Source of the DNA: Octopus bimaculoides
Lineage: Eukaryota
Length of the DNA: 40,725 bases
Assembly (NCBI RefSeq): GCF_001194135.2
Contig: NC_068990.1
Coordinates: 64,990,728 to 65,031,452, forward strand
Direction of reading: 5' to 3'
Both the position numbers and the translations under genes were made by a program. Shown one piece after another: positions 12,877-22,276 of this stretch. Under the pieces are notes generated by a model. The model saw only the letters and a program-made list of their open reading frames with translations. It was not told where the DNA came from and ran no database searches. The number at the start of each line of letters is the position of its first letter. Within the stretch, counting starts at the first letter, position 1.

Positions 12877-13661
12877 TATAAAACAAGACGAGACTGAAAT
12901 CGGTATTGAGACCGATACGATCGATTACATTACTTTTAAAGGTAGTGACCTAGCATGACCTCAGTGCAATGACTAAAATCAAGAAAAAAATGTTTTTTAA
13001 ACCTCTCAGATTAAAGGTTGGATAACCAGTGAATGGAATAGCATTTGTGTAAAACATATTCACTAAGGTATGATCATTTATAGAACTATCGATCGATCCA
13101 ACGGTGATTGCGAGAAAAGTTTACGAAAAACCATAGAATTCGTAAATTATCAAGGGAAGGAAGCTATGATAAGGGAAGTAACTCTGCTAAAATATAGCCG
13201 TCACATTTTTATAATGAAAGCGTTATTTTTGCTTAGATTCAGTTCAGCTGTGATAAAGTAGACAAGTGATCAAAGGCATTCAAGTTATGGTTCTCCTCTC
13301 TTCCCAAACATAATTAATACCTTTGGGTTTACATTATTGAATGTCTCCTTCCTTCTTCAAAATGGTAAAGTGCGATTTGACTGCTAGTCAATAGAACCTG
13401 ACTCAATTATGGGAAGTGTTTTTAAAACTGGTGCTTATTTCTGATATAAAACAAGACGAGACTGAAATCGGTATTGAGACCGATACGACCGATTACATCA
13501 CTTTTAAAGCTAGTGACCTAGCATGACCTCAGTGCAATGACTAAAATCAAGGGAAAACATTTTTTTAAACCTCTCAGATTCACGGTTGGATAACAAATGA
13601 ATGGAATAGCATTTGTATAAAACATCATCACTAAGGTATGATAATTTATAGAACTATCGAT
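12877..13661. repeat. Pair of 217-bp direct repeats (12877-13093 and 13445-13661), roughly 90% identical
   Basis: tataaaacaagacgagactgaaatcggtattgagaccgatacga...atttatagaactatcgat occurs twice, 568 bp apart. Confidence 0.9.
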
Positions 13662-13819
13662 ACCAATCACTAATCTATTACAACTTGCAACTTTCTCCAG
13701 AAAGGCCAAGTAGTTATTCTGATGTTAATTACATAAAAAAGAATTAGATACTTCACAGAAAAAATGCTTATGTTCAAGGTTATCTAAAAGCTATATTGCG
13801 ACAGATTCTAGTATTGATA

Positions 13820-14025
13820 AATAATAATATTTTATAAGCTTAAAGCTTATAAGCGATCACCATGTATTCACTAACACAAAAACATAAAGATGTGGGTTGA
13901 AGTCCCGCACATACAGAAAACCCATTTTTTCCACTGAGGGCTTATATGCCCCAATATTAAACTATTTTCTTTAGTCAATACACGGTGATTGCTTATTGGC
14001 TTTGAGCTTATAAAATATTATTATT
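13820..14025. repeat. Foldback/MITE-like element with 55-bp inverted arms
   Basis: 13820-13874 is the reverse complement of 13971-14025 with about 7 mismatches; 96-bp spacer. Confidence 0.75.
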
Positions 14026-14040
14026 AATATTTACATAATT

Positions 14041-14258
14041 GTAAGGCGGTGAGCTGCCAGAAACGTTAGCACGCCGGGCAAAATGCTTAGTGGTATTTCG
14101 TCTGTCTTAATGTTCTGAGCTCAAATTCCGCCGAGGTCGACTTTGCCTTTCATCCTTTTGGGATTGATAAATTAAGTACTAGTTGTGTACTGGGTCGATC
14201 TAATTGACTGACCCCTGCCTCCTCCAAAATTTCGAGCCTTGTGCCTAGAGTAGAAATG
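14041..14258 (+). mobile_element. SINE family A, near full-length copy
   Basis: gtaaggcggtgagctgccagaaacgttagcacgccgggcaaaatgcttag...gtcgactttgcctttcatcc...aagtactag...gccttgtgcctagagtagaaa. Confidence 0.85.
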
Positions 14259-14552
14259 AATATTTATAGAATTGTAAAACTCAGCACTGTTTATCAAATC
14301 ATTACAGAAAACACACTTGCTTTTTGATAAAAACAACTCTAATATTGGTATTTCTTCAAATGTGCCTATGGTAATCAATGTCTTTACAAGAGTGTTTATA
14401 CATCATTCCAGTTGTACCAACTGTTATTGTTGCTGTATTATCAGGAAAAAAGTATATACACACATATGCATGCATATGTGAATGTGCATACTTTTTTTCT
14501 TTTTTTTTGTTCATATACGAAAATCCAAGATCTAATTAGTGACTCACCTGGA

Positions 14553-14836
14553 TTAACTGTCCTCAATGGCATATTTATTCTTTAGCTCTGCCACTATCGC
14601 ATTCAGCTCACTGATTCGCAGGGCGTCTAGTAGTTCTGCAATTCTATTGGAATTATCCCTGTTGTTATCCCTCCACAGAACTAAGAGGGTAAAAATTTGC
14701 TTGAAAGAGTCAGAAGGATGGTCAAGTTGGATTCTTTCAATGTCAGCTTGTTGTAAGCCCAACTGGAGACCAACTGCAAACCAATCTTTGCCAAGTTTGG
14801 CAGCCAAATACCTTAAACCCAGATCACTCAGCAGGC
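14553..14836 (-). CDS. MFHAS1: Coding exon 3: death domain (GLLSDLGLRYLAAKLGKDWFAVGLQLGLQQADIERIQLDHPSDSFKQIFTLLVLWRD...ELLDALRISELNAIVAELKNKYAIEDS*)
   Basis: Acceptor ttcttttcttcatattttccAG (AG at 14838-14837), phase 1. It shows the typical death-fold pattern LAxxLGxDWxxVGxxLGLxxxDIxxIxxDHP...QxxxLLxxW...LLxAL. TAA at 14555-14553. Confidence 0.85.
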
Positions 14837-14904
14837 CTGGAAAATATGAAGAAAAGAATTTTTATTTTTAAATAAAATAAAAACAAACTTATAATCATTT
14901 CTCT

Positions 14905-15114
14905 TTTACACTTTTACTTGTTTCAGTCATTTGACTGCGGCCATGCTGGAGCACCGCCTTTTAGTCGAGCAAATCGACCCCAGGACTTATTCTTTGGAAG
15001 CCTAGTACTTATTCTATCGGTCTGTTTTGCCGAACCGCTAGGTTACGGGGACGTAAACACACCAGCATCGGTTGTCAAGCGATGGTGGGGGGACAAACAC
15101 AGACACACAAACAC

Positions 15115-15146
<32 letters not shown>

Positions 15147-15268
15147 GACAGGCTTCTTTCAGTTTCCGTCTACCAAATCCACTCACAAGGCTTTGGTCGG
15201 CCCGAGGCTATAGTAGAAGACACTTGCCCAAGGTGCCACGCAGTGGGACTGAACCCAGAGCCATGTGG
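14905..15268 (-). mobile_element. SINE family B, young copy; head lost in a gap
   Basis: High identity to the reverse complement of 35063-35460. Confidence 0.85.
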
Positions 15269-15844
15269 NNNNNNNNNNNNNNNNNNNNNNNNNNNNNNNN
15301 NNNNNNNNNNNNNNNNNNNNNNNNNNNNNNNNNNNNNNNNNNNNNNNNNNNNNNNNNNNNNNNNNNNNNNNNNNNNNNNNNNNNNNNNNNNNNNNNNNNN
15401 NNNNNNNNNNNNNNNNNNNNNNNNNNNNNNNNNNNNNNNNNNNNNNNNNNNNNNNNNNNNNNNNNNNNNNNNNNNNNNNNNNNNNNNNNNNNNNNNNNNN
15501 NNNNNNNNNNNNNNNNNNNNNNNNNNNNNNNNNNNNNNNNNNNNNNNNNNNNNNNNNNNNNNNNNNNNNNNNNNNNNNNNNNNNNNNNNNNNNNNNNNNN
15601 NNNNNNNNNNNNNNNNNNNNNNNNNNNNNNNNNNNNNNNNNNNNNNNNNNNNNNNNNNNNNNNNNNNNNNNNNNNNNNNNNNNNNNNNNNNTCTCTCTCT
15701 CTCTCTTTCCCCAACTGCGGTAGCCATGTAACTCCTCCACAGCAAGACACCTGTTTCAGTTCCTCTATGATAGTTTAAGCTTTCACCACCTGGCACAAAC
15801 ACACCTCTCTCAATACTACTTTTCCTCTCAGTTGAGGAGTCTTT

Positions 15845-16050
15845 CAGTTCTATATTTAAGAGATGAGGAATTATTTACATTATTTACATTTGATGGATAT
15901 TTGTCCTCATCTTGTTTGTCGTTAACATATTTCGGCTGATATACCCTCCAGCCTTCATCGGGTGTCTTGGGGAAATTTCGAACCTGGGTTCTCATTCCTA
16001 AGGTATTTTTTGATGTTGTTATTGTTGTTGCTGTTATTATTATTATTCCT
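15845..16050 (-). mobile_element. Family E partial copy (3' part with degenerate hammerhead-like motif)
   Basis: cagttctatatttaagagatgaggaatt...ttcggctgatataccctccagccttcatcgggtgtcttggggaaatttcgaacc. Another terminal fragment lies at about 27084-27130. Confidence 0.75.
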
Positions 16051-16708
16051 CATGAAATCATTTTAAAATGATACCTATAGATATCATGATCCCATACATC
16101 TGACATCTGAATAAACTGAGGCAATTTACAATAAAGTTATTCTACAAAAACACAAAGAAATGCATGCAGTAGATTCATAACTGCAAACCAATGAGCCTTA
16201 CTTCAATACTTTATATAGGCAAAGATTGCAATTTTAAGCAGTGCTCCTAGCTATTTTCTTCAACTTTGGAGATGGGTGAAAAAAATAGGAGTTATCTTCA
16301 GGCCTAAAACTTAGGCTGAATCCCTAACAGTAGAGTGAACTCATTAAACAAGTCCAAGAAGAAGACAAAGGTGAGAAACTAGGTAACAGATAAAGTCTAC
16401 AACACATGAACAGGAATAGTTCTTCTGTTAGGTTTCCACACAGTTTCTATCAACCAATTTCACTCAGAAAGATTGGACTGATCAAAGGCTATGGTAGACA
16501 ACACTTACCCAGGGTGTCATTCTGCAGGACTCAATCTGGAACCATGTAGTTGCAAAGTAAACTTCTAAACTACACAGTAATACACAGTTGAGTTGAATGG
16601 TTCACAGATGGACCACAAGTCGAGAATGGAAGTAGCAGAGAGAAATGGGAAACAAGATGTATAGTATGAAAATATATTAAAAAAGAAAACAAATTGCAGT
16701 TTATTTAC

Positions 16709-16819
16709 CAGTATTGGCAGAAGATCCATCAATATCATCCATGGTTTGCATCAAGATATTGCACCTGTGCATGAAATCAACTGTGGTCTGAATATGCTTT
16801 GGTAAGTCTTCTTGGAATT
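16709..16819 (-). CDS. MFHAS1: Coding exon 2 (111 nt, phase 1-1) of the ROCO gene: linker EFQEDLPKHIQTTVDFMHRCNILMQTMDDIDGSSANTG
   Basis: Acceptor cttccgtttcttttcattAG (AG at 16821-16820) and donor CTG|GTAAAT after 16709. The frame is stop-free and phase-compatible with both neighbouring exons. It is too short for the ORF track. Confidence 0.8.
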
Positions 16820-16934
16820 CTAATGAAAAGAAACGGAAGAAAAATTTTCAAATAAGAGAAGAGAATTTAAAAATAGCAATGAGTATCAATCATTATCATC
16901 AGTACTATACTAACATCAATAATTTCCCTTCTGA

Positions 16935-17125
16935 GCTGACAGAATCGTTAATATGCCAGGCAAAATGCTTACCAGCATTTCATCTGTCTTTACGTTCTGA
17001 GTTCAGATTTCACTGAGGCCGACTTCACCTTTCATCCGTTTTTGGGGTCAATAAAATAAGTTGATCTAATCGACTTACTCTTCCTGCCAAACTTGCTGGC
17101 CTTGTGCCAAAATCTGAAATCAATA
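16935..17125 (+). mobile_element. SINE family A copy
   Basis: gagctgacagaatcgttaa...ttctgagttcagatt...gacttcacctttcatcc...ggccttgtgccaaaatctgaaat. Confidence 0.75.
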
Positions 17126-17153
17126 ATTTCCCTTCTGTCAACAAAGTTTAGTG

Positions 17154-17411
17154 TAGAGTTTCTCAACCATTTTCTACCTACGGATCCCTTTGATTCCTAT
17201 TTTACTCTATTGGACCCTTCATAGCCATTTGATGTTTAAAAAAATCCTGTTATATTTTTATAATTAAATATTATTAGGAATTGCATTAAAATAATTGTCG
17301 AAATATTTTGTGTACTGCAGGAGTATAACTAATTCATTGCAAATATATTTTAACAACAAAATCTTATATGGACCCCAGAAGGGCCATATGGAACCCAGTT
17401 CAGAACTCCTG
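17154..17411. mobile_element. hAT-type MITE
   Basis: Degenerate TIRs tagagtttctcaac / gttcagaactcctg. Perfect 8-bp TSD GTTTAGTG (17146-17153 and 17412-17419). The body is related to 33821-34200. Confidence 0.8.
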
Positions 17412-17829
17412 GTTTAGTGCCATCAACAACAACAACCTTAAGCTGTACAAGACAGAACATTAACTAGATTAACCTAAACCAGTTTAATCTGCATTACCAG
17501 CAACAGTGGCTCCTGTAGATGTAAGTTTTTCTCAAAGAAGCCCCTATAAAGTGACTGCTGTTTCACCTACTCATATTAACACTATTTCTGCCACTTTATT
17601 ATATCATTAAGGATATCTCTTGACCATTAGATTGCATATATATACGTGCATACATACATATATATGGTAGGCTTCTTTCAGTTTCATAGCAAATCTACTC
17701 ACAAGGCTTTGGTCAGCTCTAGGCTATAGTAAAACACACTTATTCAAGGTGTCCATGCATGTCTATACATGTGTGTGTGTGTATGTATATNNNNNNNNNN
17801 ATATATATATGAATGTGTGCATGTGTAAT

Positions 17830-18140
17830 TCTTCATCACCATTGTTTAATGTCCCCCTTCCATGCTGGCATGGGTTGGACAGTTTGACAGGAGCTGGCCA
17901 GGCAGAAGACTGCAACTGATTTCTGTGTCTCTTTTGACATAGTTTTTATGGCTGAATGCCCTTCCTAACAACAACCACTCCGCAAAGTAGGCTGAGTGCT
18001 TTTTACGTGGCACCAACACAGGCGAGGTCAGTTTTGACATGGTTTTTACAGTTGGATGCCCTTCCAAATGCTAACCACTTTACAGTGTGGACTGGATACT
18101 TTTTAAGTGGCACCAGCACTGGCAGGGTCACTAAGTAACT
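17830..18140 (-). mobile_element. SINE-like family C (ggttggcgttaggaagggcatcc...gcatggaaagcggacgttaaa(tga)n tail)
   Basis: ccttccatgctggcatgggttggacagtttgac...gcccttcctaac...gtgcttttttacgtggcacc, with an internally repeated unit. Confidence 0.7.
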
Positions 18141-18239
18141 TGCAAGCTAAATAATGTTTGAGAGAGGAAGGGCATTGGAGGAGGATATCTTGTGTCAGGT
18201 GATGAAAGGTTTACAGTGTGATGGAGAGACAAAGAGACA

Positions 18240-18600
18240 GATACAGATGTCTTGCTGTAGAGGAGGTACATGGTTACCCAGTCAGAGAAAGAGAGAGAGA
18301 CAGTTAACAAGGGAGAGAGACGGAGAGTTAACAAGAAAGAGGGCAGAAACAGGTGTACTGCTGTAAAGGAGATACATGGTTACCTAGCCAGAGGGAAGAG
18401 CAAGAGAAGGAGGGAGAGAGTGTGATCAAGAATGAGAGCAGAAACAGATGTGCTGCTGTAGAAGATGTACATGGTTACCCAAGGGGGGGGGGGAGAAAGA
18501 GAGAGGGAGAAAGAGTGATCAAGAATGACGGCAGAAAACAGGTGTGCTGCTGTAGAGAAGATACATGGTTACCCAGCCAAGGGGAAAGTAAGGGAAAGAA
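18240..18600 (+). repeat. Purine-rich minisatellite, 4 units of about 95-105 bp; an inverted unit lies at about 15692-15775
   Basis: The core tgctgtag..gag.tacatggttacccagcc recurs near 18250, 18355, 18450 and 18545. The reverse-complement core ggtagccatgtaactcctccacagcaagacacctg lies at about 15718-15755. Confidence 0.75.
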
Positions 18601-18768
18601 GAGAGAGAGAGAGGGGGGAAGAGGGGGAGAAGCAAGAGAGTGCAGGAGAGAGAAGGTGGCAAAGTGCCTGGGTATACTCACAAAGAACAGGGATCAGAGC
18701 ATAGATGGGATGGTAGAGTAAGGACAAGAGAGATAAATGATGGCAGGTGCCAGAGCATACTCCCAAGA

Positions 18769-19160
18769 TTGTTGTTGTTTATTGGCACTCCGTCGCTTAC
18801 AACGTCGAGGGTTCCAGTTGATCCGATCAACGGAACACCCTGCTCGTGAAATTAACATGCAAGTGGCTGAGCACTCCACAGACACGTGTACCCTTAACGT
18901 AGTTCTCGGGGATATTCAGCGTGACACAGTGTGACAAGGCTGACCCTTTGAATTACAGGCACAACAGAAACAGGAAGTAAGAGTGAGAGAAAGTTGTGGT
19001 GAAAGAGTACAGCAGGGTTCGCCACCATCCCCTGCCAGAGCCTCGTGGAGCTTTAGGTGTTTTCACTCAATAAACACTCACAAGGCCCGGTCTAGGAATC
19101 GAAACTGCGATCCTATGACAGCAAGTCTACTGCCCTAACCACTGGGCCATTGCACCTCCA
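18769..19160 (-). mobile_element. tRNA-derived SINE (family D), apparently full length with a (CAA)n tail
   Basis: Minus strand: A-box TGGCCCAGTGG, B-box GTTTCGATTCC, about 390-nt body, ending ...gcgacggagtgccaataaacaacaacaa. Confidence 0.75.
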
Positions 19161-19529
19161 CACTCCCAAGATATAGAGATCATAATATACATGGCAGGGT
19201 ACTGCCAAGACAGTATGATTGAGTAGGGAGCAGGGGTGGGGAAAGTAATGATACAGTGAGCAGGGTAGTGGGGACAGGAGTGGGGAGTGGGAGATAATCA
19301 TAGTGTATGAAGAGGAAATGTGAGAAAGAGAGGCAATGCAGTTTGGTTTGTCAGGGTAGGGTGTATTAAAATGTTATTGTTACATGTGGGTAGAACACAA
19401 TGCTTCTAGAACTCAGTTTCACTGATGTGAGCAGGTCTCCTCTAGAATCTTATATCACCAGACATCTCGGTCCATTGTCATTTCCTTTGTGAGCCCCAAC
19501 ATCCTGAGACTGGACCTCACCAGGTCTTC

Positions 19530-19565
<36 letters not shown>

Positions 19566-20069
19566 AGCTGTATAATGAAGTCAAACCAAATAGTGACATT
19601 TTAAAATCAATTACTACATACATTTCAGGTTTGCATAATATATTATAGAAAATGCAACCTTAGTAAGTTAAAGTGTTTCAAAGACATGAAGAAATCGAGG
19701 GAAATCTTTCAATATACATGTATATAAATGCATACGTTTGCATGTATACATGTGTGTGTATATATATATATATATTAATGTATGTTACATGCATGTGTAT
19801 ATCTATGAATTTATGTGCATGTACATGTATGTAGAAATGTGTATGTAAGTTATAATTTAGCATTAAATTTGACAGTAATTGTTATTGTTTTTGGGGACTG
19901 TTTAGCTTAATGCTTAAAGCACTCAGCCAGTATCTGAGGGGTATGGGTTTGAGTGCTGTAGCCACCTTCTGACAACTTTTTTCCCATCTTGTAAGGGTAA
20001 ATAACCAATCTTTCTCTGTTGTCTGTACAACTTTACTGTGTTAGAAATGTACTTTTTTGTCTGCAAAAT

Positions 20070-20430
20070 ATCATCATCATCATCATCATCATTTAACGTC
20101 TGTTTTCCATGCTGGCATGGGTTGGACAGTTTTGACTGAAAACAAGTAAGTTGGGGAGCTGCACCAGGTTCCAATCTGATTTGGCATGGTTTCTACAGTT
20201 GGATGCCCTTCCTAGTGCCAACCACTCTAAGAGTGCAGTGGGTGCTTTTTACATGCCACCAGCATAGGTGCCAGTTACAAAACACTGGCATCGGCCATGA
20301 CTGTGATCTCACTTGGCTTGACAGGTTTTCTCAAGCACAGTATATTGCTAAAGGTCATTTGTCACTGCTTCTGTGAGGCCCAAAGTTCTAAGGGTGCTTT
20401 TTACATGCCACCAGCACGGTGTGCCAGGTA
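20070..20430 (-). mobile_element. SINE-like family C copy
   Basis: (cat)n ttaacgtctgttttccatgctggcatgggttggacag...ggatgcccttcctagtgccaaccactc...gtgctttttacatgccacc. Confidence 0.75.
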
Positions 20431-22276
20431 TGCAACTGGTCTTGTAATTTATTGATAGTCCTAACGGACCTGAACAGCACCATTGTTTTTAAATGTTAGC
20501 TGACCAATTAGGTTGTAGGATTGATTTTGACTTCACCCCACTACGCATAGGGATATTGAGATTAGGTTTCGGTCAATAAGTAGCAAATATTAACATCGCA
20601 CTAAGGTTTTACCCAGTTTTTCTGTCATTAATGTACTTATGTATTAATTTTCCCTTAACAGGTTCAATTTAAGTTATTTCTGCCAACTTCTTTCATAATG
20701 CTATATCTATTAAATAGTGGTTAGCCTCTAACTTCTGGCCCCTGTAACATGGACCATACCATTAAACCCATCACATAACATACTACCTTCACTATTTCCC
20801 TCAATATAATGGAAACACGATGTAAACCACAGCCTACCAGTGGCTTTATTTACTTACCACAGGATGGAATACCATGGATTATAATAACACCTTAAAATGA
20901 AGTTCCTACCTTTCCTTACCATGTCTAATACATTACATTTTCTTTTTTTTATTTTCACCTATTTTATTCTATCTTGTCTTATTTTACTCTGCTCTATTTT
21001 TCTAACTGAATTTCCCACATTTTAGTTTCCTAACATTTGTACTCTCTGAAGAAGCCTTGAGGCTCAACCGTTATCCAATCTCTGTCCAATGTTTGTTCAT
21101 CCCTGTATATCATTGACATGATGAGGATGACTTGGAAGATTCTGAGGCCTCATGGCAGAAATGGCCATAAGGAATTTGTATTTGTACACTTATCTATTAT
21201 NNNNNNNNNNNNNNNNNNNNNNNNNNNNNNNNNNNNNNNNNNNNNNNNNNNNNNNNNNNNNNNNNNNNNNNNNNNNNNNNNNNNNNNNNCACTTAAACAC
21301 ATGTTTATCATTTAATAAATAGATATAATGAAATGTTTACTGGCTGGTATTTGTTGATTTTATACCTTCTCCATTTTCTTATATGCCTTATAAATCCTGG
21401 GTAAATTTTCAATTTACCCCTACCCATACCTAGTATTCAGTTGTAATATTGCCATGCAATAGTAAGCACTTGGTTAAAAATACGTAGGAACACATCCAGT
21501 AGTATATTGGATATTTAATATCCCTTAGATGGTTTCTTAACTTCTAACTCATAGACATAGGATTGATTTGTTCAACTAAACGTGGTGCTCCAGCATGGCT
21601 GCAGTTAAATGACTGAAACAAGTAAAAAAAAAAAAAAGAGAGAGTACACATAGATTATGCACACATATTATGCTTTTGAGATCAAATTCTACTTGAATCA
21701 ACTTAACTTTCAGACTTAAGTGATCAATAAAATAATAGTAATATATTTGGATAGAGTTAAGTCTCCATTCTTCCTATTTTTATAAATCAAAGAAGAAAGG
21801 GGGAAAAAATATCCATAACCATTATAGTAATAATAACAGAACTTCTGCTAGTCTGGATTCTTTTAGAATTTGATTAAAAAAAAATCTGTATTAGATTAAA
21901 AAAAAACTCTGTATAAGAAGTGTCAGAAACGGTAAAGCATCAACCAAAATGCCTGATAGTATTTATTTTTAACCCTGAGGCATTGATTTTATTGACTGTT
22001 AACCTTTAGCTATAAAATATCAGCTTTGTACACCAATGTGAGAAATTCTTAAATGTTGTGGATTGGGGGAAAGCAACAGGTAAGGAGACCCTTTTCAGAT
22101 AATGTGTTCAAAGGAACAATACAATAAATTGTTACTGAAATGGTCTGGTTTGACTCAATAGAATCAAGGTTAATGACAGTATGAAAAATGATAGAGAATT
22201 CTTGAAAAAGGTAATTTTACTAAAAAGAAAAGTTAGATATGAAAAAAAAAAAGAATATTGGGAATGACTAACTTAC

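Noticed and set aside
21046-21072. CTGAAGA-AGCC-TTGA-GGCT-CAACCGTT, a hammerhead-like remnant
   Set aside because: The GAAA core has two substitutions and no stem I pairing is visible; too degenerate to call.
22233-22276. ORF-track C-terminus KLVIPNILFFFHI as the main protein end
   Set aside because: It lies past a consensus CAG|GTAAGT donor and in-phase downstream exons exist. It is kept only as a possible minor isoform.
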